NCBI GenBank assembly: GCA_035263845.1
Contig: DATFQY010000005.1
Span: 6,770-70,769, forward strand
DNA length: 64,000 bases
Origin: Thermoanaerobaculia bacterium
Lineage (GTDB): Bacteria > Acidobacteriota > Thermoanaerobaculia > UBA5066 > Gp7-AA6
Direction of reading: 5' to 3'
Part shown: positions 8,734 to 20,917 of the stretch, piece by piece
Layout: the number at the start of each line of letters is the position of its first letter
Position numbering within the stretch: position 1 is the first letter of the stretch
Notes under the pieces: model-generated
The model's database searches: none
Told to the model about the DNA's origin: nothing
What the model saw: the letters and a program-made list of their open reading frames with translations, nothing else
Position numbers and translations under genes: made by a program

Positions 8734-8801
8734 ATCGGGTCGGAGCGACGCTCCTGCTCCTCGCCGCCCTCGCCCCTCCGGCCTTCGCAGAAAACCCCGA
8801 C

Positions 8802-9677
8802 TTGAAAGACCTTCTCGCCTCCGCCGCGCGGGAGGTCGTCGCGGAGTTCGCGGACAAGGGGCTTCAGGCGGACGGCCTCTCGATCTCCGTCATCGACCTC
8901 ACGAGCGACGCCGCGGGCTCGTACCGCGGGGACGTCTCCTTCTATCCGGCCTCGGTCGTGAAGGCGTTTTACCTGGCGTACTACGAGAACCAGAAGGAGG
9001 CGGGGAAGCTGAAGGACACGCCGGAGCTCGTCCGCGCCGTCAAGGACATGATCACCGTCTCCTCCAACGACGCCACCGGCTTCGTGGTGGACTCGATCAC
9101 GGGCACGACCTCGGGTCCCGAGCTGTCGGGCAGGGATTGGGACCAGTGGAAAGAGCGGCGCGAGGCTGTCAACCGCTTCTTCGCCTCGCGCGGCTACCGC
9201 GGGTTGAACGCCAACCAGAAGACCTTCTGCGAGGACGCGTATGGCCGCGAGCAGGCGTTCCGCGACGGCGGAAAGAACCGAAACCGGATGACCACGGACC
9301 TCGTCGCGCGGCTCTTCAAGGAGATCGCCCGGGGCGAGCTCGCCGGTCCCGCGGGAACGAAGGAGATGCTGGGACTGCTCGAGCGCGACGTCACGCCCGC
9401 CAAGCCCTTCGACGACTTCGAGCTGGAAGACGCCCGCCTCGCCGGCCAGAAGCTCCCGGCCGGGACCCGCGTTTGGTCCAAGTCGGGCGACGCCTACGAC
9501 GTGCATCACCTCGTGGCGCGGGTGCTTCCGCCCAACGGGGCGGATTTCGTCCTCGCGGTCTTCACGAAAGGGGTCAAGACCGTTGCCGGAGTCATCCCGC
9601 GCGTCTACGAGAAAGTTGGCGAGTACTTCGCCGCGAAACCGATCCGGCTTCCCCCGCCGGCGCCGCGCTCGCAGTGA
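8802..9677 (+). CDS. Class A beta-lactamase-fold serine hydrolase.
   Basis: SxxK (SVVK), SDN-like (SSND) and KTG-like (KSGD) motifs in the canonical order. The first in-frame canonical start is TTG at 8802, but a signal-peptide-like segment is encoded in frame upstream (see findings). Confidence 0.7.
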   Translation: MKDLLASAAREVVAEFADKGLQADGLSISVIDLTSDAAGSYRGDVSFYPASVVKAFYLAYYENQKEAGKLKDTPELVRAVKDMITVSSNDATGFVVDSITGTTSGPELSGRDWDQWKERREAVNRFFASRGYRGLNANQKTFCEDAYGREQAFRDGGKNRNRMTTDLVARLFKEIARGELAGPAGTKEMLGLLERDVTPAKPFDDFELEDARLAGQKLPAGTRVWSKSGDAYDVHHLVARVLPPNGADFVLAVFTKGVKTVAGVIPRVYEKVGEYFAAKPIRLPPPAPRSQ

Positions 9678-10330
9678 GCGTCCTTCCGAAGGTCCTCGGC
9701 GCGGCCATCGCTCTTCACCGGGCGACGCTGAAGGTCGAGCTTCTCCACGAGGACCGCTACCGCGCGCTCGCGCGGCGCGAGGTCCCGATCCTCTTCGTGC
9801 TATGGCACGGCCGGATGTACCTTTCGATCCAGGCCCACCGGCGCCAGGGGATCGTGACGATGGCGTCGCAGTCGAAGGACGGCGAGCTGATCGCGAGGTG
9901 GCTCGAGGCCAACGGCTACGTCGTCGTCCGGGGGTCGAGCTCCCGCGGGGGCGGCCAGGCCCTGCGCGAGATGGTGCGGCAGGTGCGCTCGGGGCGGCAT
10001 GCCGCGTTGACGGTGGACGGCCCAAGAGGGCCCGCGCGAATCGTTCAGCCGGGCGTGGTCCAGCTCGCGCGCCTGACCGGCGCGTGGATCCTCCCGATCA
10101 CGTCCTCGAGCGCGAGCGGCAAGCTCCTCTCCTCCTGGGACCGGTTCCTCTTGCCGCGCCCCTTCTCGCGCAACGTCGTCGCCTACGGTGAGCCCTTCCC
10201 GATCTCCGCGGAGCAGACCGAGGAGGCGGCGCTCTCGCGGGTCGCCGCGGCCCTGGACGGCGCCACCGCGGAGGCGGACGAGGCGGCCGGTCTCGCCCCG
10301 GAGCCCCGGCGGCTGGAGAGGCCCGCGTGA
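9674..10330 (+). CDS. DUF374-type lysophospholipid acyltransferase-like protein.
   Basis: GTG at 9674 overlaps the upstream stop (GTGA). Acyltransferase-like blocks are VLWHGRM, VRGSSSRGG, TVDGPRGP and WILPI. Confidence 0.5.
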   Translation: MSVLPKVLGAAIALHRATLKVELLHEDRYRALARREVPILFVLWHGRMYLSIQAHRRQGIVTMASQSKDGELIARWLEANGYVVVRGSSSRGGGQALREMVRQVRSGRHAALTVDGPRGPARIVQPGVVQLARLTGAWILPITSSSASGKLLSSWDRFLLPRPFSRNVVAYGEPFPISAEQTEEAALSRVAAALDGATAEADEAAGLAPEPRRLERPA

Positions 10331-10710
10331 AGCGCCCGGGCCTGCGCACGCTCGCGCTCTTCGCGGTGGCCCTCGCGCTCGCCGGCGGAGCGGTCTGGTT
10401 CGTGCGCGGCCGCGGCCCGCGGCCCGTCCGGATCTCGGGAAAAACCGTCGCGTCGGATGGGAGACCGCTCTCCGGTGTGGAGGTCACACTCGAGGTGGCG
10501 CCCGACGACACGGAGGAGGAAGGCGCGGTCGAGCGCGCGGGCACGGTCTCCGACGAGAACGGAGACTTCTCCATCGAGTACCAGTCGCACTGGAAGGCTC
10601 CCTCCTATCGTCTCGCCGCGGCCAAGGCCGGCTACCGCGAGCTGTCGGTGGGATCGGCCGAGACGCTCAAGCCGCCGGTCATGCTGCGCCTGGCCCCGGT
10701 CAATCCCTGA
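10327..10710 (+). CDS. Membrane-anchored protein with a carboxypeptidase-regulatory-like domain.
   Basis: An N-terminal TM anchor is followed by ISGKTVASDGRPLSGVEVTL...DENGDFSIEY, a beta-sandwich signature. The start overlaps the upstream stop. Confidence 0.5.
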   Translation: MKRPGLRTLALFAVALALAGGAVWFVRGRGPRPVRISGKTVASDGRPLSGVEVTLEVAPDDTEEEGAVERAGTVSDENGDFSIEYQSHWKAPSYRLAAAKAGYRELSVGSAETLKPPVMLRLAPVNP

Positions 10711-10730
10711 GCCGCTGACCGGAAGCGCCG

Positions 10731-11648
10731 TCAGGGCTCTTCGAGCGTCCGCACACGGGCGAAGTGTAGGTTCGCCGCGAACCAGAACATCGGAATGAGC
10801 GGGCGCTCGGCGCCGTCCGGTCCCCAGGCGCGCGCCGTCCGGAGTTTCGGGTCCCAGCCGACGCGGACCGTCTCGCCCTCGAGGCACGCTTCGAAGCCGC
10901 TGCGCGCCTCGACCTGCTCCGCGGTGAGGGCGAGGGCCTCGTCCCCCGAGGCGAGCACGAGGACGTTGCGCTTGGGCCCGTAGCGGCGGTCCTCGGTTTT
11001 CCGGCCGGAGACGCCCTGCCAGTTCGAGGCCCGGTAGACCCGCATCAGGATCGGCTCGGACGTGTCGTCCTCCAGGTCCATGTAGAGGGTGCCCGGAGCG
11101 GCGCTCTCCCAGTCGCGCGCCCTCGCGACGACGGAGGGAATGGCCCGGAGCGACTCGCCGGCGAGCGGGCCATGGATGGCCGCCCCGGTCGCGGGAGACC
11201 AGTACGTCCCGGTCTCGAGGTCCCGCAGGACGAGGGTGTCGCGCCAGAGAGCCCCGGAGTTCTCGAAGTGGAGGACGCGGCCGCCCGCGCGGCTCTCGTA
11301 CACCGCGGTGATCGCGGTCAGGGCGCAGCGGGCCACGACGAACGGAACGCCGGGGACCGAGTCGTTGACGACCTCGAAGCGGTCGAGCAGCCCGATCGGG
11401 TAGGCCCGCGGGACCGCTCCGATCGTGACGCCGAGGACGCGCGTGTCCGCGTCGGGAGGATCGCTGTGGATGTCCGCGGTGACGAGGCTGGGCTTGACGA
11501 CGACGGGGAACGCCGAGGCCGGCTTCATCTGGACGATCGGGTCGCCCGAGACGACCGCGACTCGCGGGTTGGAGCGATACTGGTGCGAGAAGCAGGCGAG
11601 GGCGCCGGCGGCGGTCAGACAGGCGAGATGCCGAGCGAGACCTCGCAT
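10731..11648 (-). CDS. Secreted DUF3179-family protein.
   Basis: The signal peptide starts at the internal Met (MRGLARHLACLTAAGALA). The conserved block GRVLHFENSGALWRDTLVLRDLETGTYWSPATGAAIHGPLAG resembles DUF3179. Confidence 0.5.
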   Translation of the reverse strand: MRGLARHLACLTAAGALACFSHQYRSNPRVAVVSGDPIVQMKPASAFPVVVKPSLVTADIHSDPPDADTRVLGVTIGAVPRAYPIGLLDRFEVVNDSVPGVPFVVARCALTAITAVYESRAGGRVLHFENSGALWRDTLVLRDLETGTYWSPATGAAIHGPLAGESLRAIPSVVARARDWESAAPGTLYMDLEDDTSEPILMRVYRASNWQGVSGRKTEDRRYGPKRNVLVLASGDEALALTAEQVEARSGFEACLEGETVRVGWDPKLRTARAWGPDGAERPLIPMFWFAANLHFARVRTLEEP

Positions 11649-11658
11649 CGCCGCCGCC

Positions 11659-12792
11659 TCAGACCGGCACCGAGACCGGTTCCGCGCGCGACCCGGACCG
11701 GACCACACGCCGGTAGTGCGCATCCCGCTCGACCGGTTCCCGCCCGGACTCCCGGATCAGCCGCTCGAAGTCGGTCCTCGACATTCCAGAGGCCGTCGTC
11801 GCGCCCGCGGCGTGGGTGATCGTTTCGTCCACGACGGTCCCGACGAGGTCGTCCGCGCCGAAGAAGAGCGCGATCTGGGCCAGCTTGACGCCGATCTGAA
11901 TCCAGTACGCCTTGACGTGCGGGATGTTGTCGAGCAGCAGCCTCGAGACCGCGATGACTCGAAGGTCCGTCTGGCCGGAGGAGGCCGGCAGGTCGGCGAG
12001 CGGGGTGTTCTCCGGATGGAAGGCCAGGGGGATCAGGCCCGTGAGGCCTCCCGTCTCGTCCTGCAGCCGGCGCAGGCGGAGCAGGTGGTCCACCCGGTCC
12101 TCGACGGTCTCGACGTGGCCATAGAGCATCGTGGCGTTGGTCTTGATCCCCTGGAGATGGCACTCCCGCGCGATCGCGAGCCATTCCTCGCCGGTGATCT
12201 TGTTCTTGCAGATACGATCCCGGACGCGCTTCTCGAAGATCTCGGCGCCGCCCCCCGGGCAGGAATCCATCCCGGCTTCGTGAAGCAGGCGGATCGTCTC
12301 GGGGATCGACTTGCCGCCGACCCGGGCGATCCAGTCGATCTCGACCATCGTGAAGGCCTTGAGGTGAACGCCGGGGAAGCGCTCCTTGAGCGCCCGGAGA
12401 AGGCCGGTGTAGTACTCGAACGGCCACGTCGGATGGAGTCCTCCGACGATGTGGAACTCGGTGACGGCCTCGCTGTAGCCCTTGCCCGCCTCCTCGACGC
12501 ATTCCCCGATCGCCATCTCGTAGCCGCCCGGCTCGTTGACCTTCCGGGCCCACGCGCAGAGGGCGCAGTCCACCCAGCAGAGGTTGGTGGGATTCAGGTA
12601 ACGGTTGACGTTGTAGAAGGCGAGGTTGCCGTGCCGCTCCTCACGCACCCGGTTGGCCAGGCGTCCAAGGCCCAGGAAATCCTTCGTCCGGAAGAGGCGG
12701 ACGCCGTCGTCGAAGGTGAGTCGCTCCCCGGCGAAGACTTTCTCGGCGAGCTCCGAGAGCTCCGAGCCGCGGAAGGATTCGAGCCCGCTCAC
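11659..12792 (-). CDS. Radical SAM enzyme of the futalosine menaquinone pathway (MqnC/MqnE family); the CofG/CofH alternative is not excluded.
   Basis: CxxxCxxC cluster CWVDCALC, about 377 aa, global similarity to MqnC/MqnE-type radical SAM enzymes. The GTG start at 12792 overlaps the stop of the upstream small ORF (GTGA). Confidence 0.75.
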   Translation of the reverse strand: MSGLESFRGSELSELAEKVFAGERLTFDDGVRLFRTKDFLGLGRLANRVREERHGNLAFYNVNRYLNPTNLCWVDCALCAWARKVNEPGGYEMAIGECVEEAGKGYSEAVTEFHIVGGLHPTWPFEYYTGLLRALKERFPGVHLKAFTMVEIDWIARVGGKSIPETIRLLHEAGMDSCPGGGAEIFEKRVRDRICKNKITGEEWLAIARECHLQGIKTNATMLYGHVETVEDRVDHLLRLRRLQDETGGLTGLIPLAFHPENTPLADLPASSGQTDLRVIAVSRLLLDNIPHVKAYWIQIGVKLAQIALFFGADDLVGTVVDETITHAAGATTASGMSRTDFERLIRESGREPVERDAHYRRVVRSGSRAEPVSVPV

Positions 12793-13013
12793 GGAATGGC
12801 GGGCTTGGTGACCGGCTGGTAGGGCTCCCGCGACTCGGGCGCGATGTCGTCCACGAAGGGCTGGACGTAGCGATAGCACTCCCAGCAGTACTTCTCCTCG
12901 GCTTGGAACTGGAAGTCCACGACCCTGCCGACGGCCGGGAAATCCAGGATCTCCTTGCCGCAGCGGTGGCAGTGGTCCTTCTGTCCGCGAATCAGTCTCC
13001 AGACGGGACCCAT
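12789..13013 (-). CDS. Small zinc-ribbon protein (74 aa) translationally coupled to the Mqn radical SAM gene.
   Basis: Two CxxC pairs (HCHRCG and CWEC). An RBS AGGATGA lies upstream of the ATG. Its TGA stop overlaps the GTG start of the downstream gene. Confidence 0.5.
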   Translation of the reverse strand: MGPVWRLIRGQKDHCHRCGKEILDFPAVGRVVDFQFQAEEKYCWECYRYVQPFVDDIAPESREPYQPVTKPAIP

Positions 13014-13028
13014 GAGGTTTTCATCCTA

Positions 13029-13186
13029 TCAGCTTTGAGTGATCTCTTTTCGCAGCGTTTCCTTTTCCTTCCGGCGGTCGTACTTCTTCCCCTCGCCATG
13101 TTGCTTCTCGGTTTTGCGGGGGAGAGGGAGACGGACCGAGGGCGGAGCGGGGCCCTTGCTGGCCATCTTCTTTCGGCGGCGGCGTC
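13029..13186 (-). CDS. Possible small, highly basic protein (52 aa, MKPRRRRRKKMASKG...); speculative.
   Basis: An ORF in the 180 bp purine-rich, lower-GC spacer between the MFS gene and the Zn-ribbon gene. The ATG lies 7 nt after the MFS stop. No homology is recognised. Confidence 0.2.
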
Positions 13187-13192
13187 GGGGCT

Positions 13193-14383
13193 TCATCGGC
13201 GCCCTTTCGTCGCGAATCGAAAGAGGAGAAGGGCGGCGGTCGCGACGAGCGACAGAGCGGCTCCGATCAGGAAGGCCGTCCTGGGTCCGAACATCTTCCA
13301 CCACAAGCCGAAGAGAATCGACGCGGGCAGGGCCGCGAGCCCGACGGCGCCGTGGAAGACGCCGAAGGCTCGGCCGCGCAGTTCTCCCTCGGCGAGGTCG
13401 GCGATGAGCGCCCGCTCGGCCCCTTCCGTCGCCGCGAAGAACAGCGCATAGAAGCCGAAGAGCGCCCATGCCGCGAGCGGGCTGGCCGCGAACGCGAACC
13501 CGACGTAGGCGAGAGTGTAGATGCCCCATCCCGCGACGATCAGAGGCGTGCGCCCAACCCGGTCTGACAGGGAGCCGGCCGGGACGCCGACGAGCGCCTT
13601 GGCGCCGTTGAAGAACGCCCAGAGGAGAGGGAGCTGCCAGACCGGAATGCCGCAGTCTTTCGCTCGAAGAAGCAGGAAGGCGTCGGTGGAGTTGGCGAGC
13701 GTGAAGAGGCAGAAGATCCCGATGATCATCCAGAGCCGGCGGGGGAGCTTCGGCGGCCACTCCAGCTTCACATTCGCCGCGCGGCTCTCGGACTTTCCCG
13801 CTGGGATCCGGAACACGAGCACCGCGACGGCCAGGAGCCCCGGGACGAGCGTCAGCAGGAAGACGGTGCGCTCCCCCTGGATGAAGAACTTCAGGAGCAG
13901 CGCGGCGACGAGCGGGCCGACGAACGCGCCCGCGTTGTCCATCGCCCGCTGCAAGCCGTAGGCGCGGCCGCGGTCGCCCGAGGACGCGAGGTCGGCCAGG
14001 AGCGCGTCGCGGGGCGGAGTGCGGAGGCCCTTTCCGAGACGGTCGAAGAACCGGATCGCGAGGATCTGTCCCCAGTTGGCTGCCACCCCGACGAGCGATC
14101 TCGCCACGGTCGCGAGCGAGTAGCCGGCGACGACGAAGGGCTTGCGGCGTTTCGCCCTGTCCGACCACCACCCGGCGCCGATCTTGGCGAGCGAGGAGGT
14201 GGATTCCGCGATCCCTTCGATCAGACCCAGCGCGGCCGGCCCCGCCCCCAAAGTCCTGGTGATGAAGTCGGGCAGGAGCGGGTAAATCATTTCTGATGCG
14301 GCGTCGTTCAAGAAGGAAACCCAACCGAGGGCCCAGATCCCGCGTCCGGCCGCTCCAGAGCCGTTTTTCATTCGGCGATTCAA
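13193..14383 (-). CDS. MFS transporter.
   Basis: 396 aa with 12 predicted TM helices. MFS-like motif GRAYGLQRAMDNAGAFVGP. Confidence 0.8.
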   Translation of the reverse strand: MNRRMKNGSGAAGRGIWALGWVSFLNDAASEMIYPLLPDFITRTLGAGPAALGLIEGIAESTSSLAKIGAGWWSDRAKRRKPFVVAGYSLATVARSLVGVAANWGQILAIRFFDRLGKGLRTPPRDALLADLASSGDRGRAYGLQRAMDNAGAFVGPLVAALLLKFFIQGERTVFLLTLVPGLLAVAVLVFRIPAGKSESRAANVKLEWPPKLPRRLWMIIGIFCLFTLANSTDAFLLLRAKDCGIPVWQLPLLWAFFNGAKALVGVPAGSLSDRVGRTPLIVAGWGIYTLAYVGFAFAASPLAAWALFGFYALFFAATEGAERALIADLAEGELRGRAFGVFHGAVGLAALPASILFGLWWKMFGPRTAFLIGAALSLVATAALLLFRFATKGRR

Positions 14384-14451
14384 TAAGATTTCCTTATTTC
14401 TTTCGGGATCGACGGCCGCTGGCCGGCTCCGCCGATCATCATAATCGGCGC

Positions 14452-15189
14452 GTGCACCACCAGTCCTCCGAGTCCTTCATCCTCGCCACTTATCCCTTGC
14501 GGGAAAAGGACCGGATCGTGTCCTTCCTGACCCGCGACGCGGGGAAAAAGCGCGGGGTAGCCCGCGGAGCGCGCAATCCTCGGAGCCAGTTCGCCGGCCT
14601 GCTCGAGCCGATGACCGAGGCGAACGTGACCTACTTCGAGAAGGAGGGCCGGGAGCTCGTCTCGATCAACTCGCTCGATGCGATCCGTCCATCCTTCCCG
14701 CTCTCGAAGGACCTGGACCGGGCGCTCCTCGTTTCGGCGCTCGCGGAGAGCCTCCAGACGTTCGTTCCCGACTCCGATCCTGCGGAGCCGTTCTACCGGC
14801 TGGCGCGGCACGTCCTCGACGCGCTCTTCGCCGGCGGCGCTCCCGCCGCCGCCCGCGCCTACTTCGACGTCTGGATCCTGAAGCTCTCAGGCCTCTTTCC
14901 CTCACCCTTCGAGTGCGCCGGCTGCGAAGTCCCACTAGATCCGGCTGGGCCGCTCCTCTTCGACGGCCGGCGGCCGGGCTTCATCGGCCCGGAGTGCCGC
15001 TCGGGCGAAGTTGTCCGACTCTCGGCGGAGGCGTGCGAGACGCTCCACGCCTTCCTTCGGGCCCCCTTCGACCCCGCCCGCCATCACAGGGGAGTCGCGG
15101 AGATCTCCGCTGTCGTTTCGCTGGCCCGCCGCCACTTCCTGGGCCACGAGCTGAAGTCCCAGAAAGTGCTCGCCGAAGTGCTGGGTTAG
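14452..15189 (+). CDS. recO: DNA repair protein RecO.
   Basis: An N-terminal OB-fold region ([23 protein letters not shown]) and C-terminal zinc-binding cysteines (CAGCEV...C). The start is inferred as GTG at 14452; 245 aa. Confidence 0.8.
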   Translation: MHHQSSESFILATYPLREKDRIVSFLTRDAGKKRGVARGARNPRSQFAGLLEPMTEANVTYFEKEGRELVSINSLDAIRPSFPLSKDLDRALLVSALAESLQTFVPDSDPAEPFYRLARHVLDALFAGGAPAAARAYFDVWILKLSGLFPSPFECAGCEVPLDPAGPLLFDGRRPGFIGPECRSGEVVRLSAEACETLHAFLRAPFDPARHHRGVAEISAVVSLARRHFLGHELKSQKVLAEVLG

Positions 15190-15202
15190 ACTGCGAGTTT
15201 CG

Positions 15203-16090
15203 ATGCTCACTTTGCAACGGCTCATCGCGGAGTTGTCCGCTTTCTGGGAAGGCGAGGGGTGCCTGATCGAGCAGCCCTACGACATGCCCATGGGAGCGGG
15301 AACGATGCACCCCGCGACGTTCCTGAGAGTTCTCGGGCCCGAGCCGTGGCGCTGCGCCTACGTCCAGCCCTCGCGCCGGCCGGCGGACGCCCGCTATGGG
15401 GAGAACCCGTTCCGCCTCGGCAAGCACCTCCAGCTCCAGGTGGTGTTGAAGCCGTCCCCCGAAGACGTCCAAAACATGTACCTGAGGAGCCTCGAGCGCC
15501 TGGGCATCGTCCCTTCGGAGCACGACATCCGGTTCGAGGAGGACAACTGGGAGTCGCCCACCCTCGGGGCCTGGGGCGTGGGGTGGCAGGTCGTGATGGA
15601 CGGGATGGAGATCACGCAGTTCACCTACTTCCAGCAGGCCGGGGGAATCGACCTTGCGCCGATCACGGCGGAGATCACTTACGGGCTCGAGCGCATCGCG
15701 ATGTTCCTCGAGAAGGTGAACTCCATCTACGACGTGATGTGGAACGAGACGCTCTCCTACGGCCAGGTCCGCCGGCAGGACGAGGTCGAGCTGTCTCGTT
15801 ACGGTTTCGAGGTCGCGGACGTGGACTTCCACACTCTGCTCTTCGAGCGAAACGAGGCGGAGGCGAAACGGGCCCTCGAAGCCGGGTGCGTGCGTCCCGC
15901 CTACGAGGCGGCGCTGGCGTGCTCGCACGCCTTCAACATCCTCGACGCGCGGGGAGCGGTCTCGGCGACCGACCGGGTCGGGCTGATCCGCCGCGTGCGC
16001 GACCTGGCGTGCGCTTGCGCCCGGGCGTACCTCGCAGAACGCCTGGCCGTCGCGAGCGAGACCACCCAGCCCGAGCCGGCGGCGGTCTGA
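15203..16090 (+). CDS. glyQ: Glycine--tRNA ligase alpha subunit.
   Basis: Strong GlyQ conservation throughout (for example [27 protein letters not shown]). Confidence 0.95.
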   Translation: MLTLQRLIAELSAFWEGEGCLIEQPYDMPMGAGTMHPATFLRVLGPEPWRCAYVQPSRRPADARYGENPFRLGKHLQLQVVLKPSPEDVQNMYLRSLERLGIVPSEHDIRFEEDNWESPTLGAWGVGWQVVMDGMEITQFTYFQQAGGIDLAPITAEITYGLERIAMFLEKVNSIYDVMWNETLSYGQVRRQDEVELSRYGFEVADVDFHTLLFERNEAEAKRALEAGCVRPAYEAALACSHAFNILDARGAVSATDRVGLIRRVRDLACACARAYLAERLAVASETTQPEPAAV

Positions 16091-16109
16091 CCGCGGGCCG
16101 GGCGTCGGG

Positions 16110-18199
16110 GTGAGGGCCGTGAAGCGCCAGGATTTCCTCCTCGAGATCCGGACCGAGGAGATCCCGGCGCCGGTGCTGGGCGCCGCGCGCGAGGACCTCA
16201 AGACCCGCGTGACCGAGGAGCTTGCCGAGCAGGGGCTCGTCCCTGAATCCGCCGAGTCGCTGGCGACGCCGCGGCGGCTGATCGTGATCCTGCGCGGCCT
16301 CCCGGACAAGCAGGAGGACAAGCTTTCCGAGGTGCTGGGGCCGCCGGCCTCGGTGGCCTTCGACGCCGAGGGCAAGCTCACCCGCGCGGGCGAGGGATTC
16401 GCGAGGGCGCAGAAAGTGGACCCTTCCGAGCTCGTCGTCGTCGAGACTCCACGCGGAAAGACCGCCGCCGCGAGGCGAAGCGTCGCCGGGCGGACCGCCG
16501 CGGAAGTCCTGGCGGAGGCCGTGCCCCGCGCGGTCTCGACGCTGACATTTCCCAAGACGATGCGGTGGGGCTCGGGCGAGCGCGTGTTCGTCCGCCCGAT
16601 CCGCGGCCTCCTGGCGATTCTCGGGGGCCAGGTCGCTCCGATGGAGGTCCTCGGCGTCCCGTCTTCGGCGTTCACCTCCGGCCACCGCGTTCTCTCCGAC
16701 GGCGAATTCGCGGTGTCCGGCGTGGAGGACTATCTCGGCAAGCTCCGCAGCCACGGCGTCGAGCCGGACGGAGAGGCGAGGCGGGTCCTGATTCTCGACG
16801 CCGCGCGCCAGCTGGCGCGGGAGGCGGGAGGCTCGATCGAGAGCGACGCGGACCTCGCGGCGACGCTGGCGGACCTCGTCGAGTGCCCGGGCGTCGTCCG
16901 CGGCTCCTTCGCCGAGGAGTTCCTCGAGCTTCCCGAGGAGATCACGACGACCGCGATGCGGACCCATCAGAAGTACCTTCCGGTCCGGAGCACCTCGGGC
17001 CTGCTGCCGCACTTCGTGGCGGTGATGGACAACCGCGAGGACCCGAAGGGCTTTATCGCCCGCGGAAACGAGTGGGTCCTGAACGCCCGGCTCGCGGACG
17101 CGCGGTTCTTCTACGACGACGACGTCCGGCAGAGCCTCGAATCGCGGCTCCCGGAGCTGGCGCGCCTGTCCTTCCACGAGAGGCTCGGGGACTACGCCGG
17201 CAAGACCGAACGGCTCGAGAAGCTTTCCGAGTCCATCGCCCGGGCGGTCGGGCGGGCGGACCTCGCTCCGGCGGTCAGGGCCGCCGCGCGACTCGCCAAG
17301 ACCGACCTGACGACCAAGATGGTCAGGGAGTTCACCGACCTCCAGGGCGTCGTCGGCGGGATCTACGCGCGCCGCGAGGGATACCCCGACCCTGTCTGGA
17401 AGGCGATCTACGACCAGTACCGCCCGGCCTCGGCTTCCGACGATCCTCCCAGGGAGGCGCCGGGGGCGATCCTGTCGCTCGCCGACCGGCTGGACACGCT
17501 GGCCGGTTTCTTCCAGATCGGCCTCGTTCCGACCGGATCGAAAGACCCGTACGGCCTGCGCCGCGCGGCCTACGGAGCGGTCGCGATCATCGCTGAAAGC
17601 GCGTGGCGGCTGGACTGGCGGCCCGTCGTTGCCGGCGCCCTCGCGCTCCACCCCCAGGGCGTCGCCACGCAGGCTTCGGAAGAGACCCTCGTGGAGCTCC
17701 AGGCGTTCTTCGCCGAGCGGCTTCGGAACTTCCTCGAGCGGCGCGGCCACTCCTACGACGAAATCTCGGCGGTGCTGTCGGTGGACGTCTGGAACTTCGC
17801 CGACGTCGCCGACCGCGCGGCCGCACTGTCCGAGGCGAGGAAGGGGACCGACTTCCGCTCGCTGATCCTCGCCTCCAAGCGAATCCGCAACATCGTCGGG
17901 GACGAGAGGCCGGGTCCGCCCTCGCCGGAGCTCTACCGCGAGGACGCGGAGAGGCAACTCGCCGGGGACTTCCTGCAGGCCCGGCCGGTCATCGGGAGGC
18001 TGGCGTCGAGCCGGCGCTACCGTGAGGGCCTGGAGATGATCGCCTCGATCGCCCCGTCGCTCGACCGTTTCTTCGTGGAGGTCCTCGTCAACTGCCCCGA
18101 GGAGGAATTGAGGCGGAATCGTCTTGCCCTGCTCGCTTCGATTCAGGAAGAATTTTCCCGACTCGCGGACTTTTCGGAAATCGTGGTGGAGAAGGACAG

Positions 18200-18203
<4 letters not shown>
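16110..18203 (+). CDS. glyS: Glycine--tRNA ligase beta subunit.
   Basis: 697 aa immediately after glyQ. The N-terminus LLEIRTEEIP is typical of GlyS. Confidence 0.9.
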
Positions 18204-20913
<2,710 letters not shown>

Positions 20914-20917
<4 letters not shown>

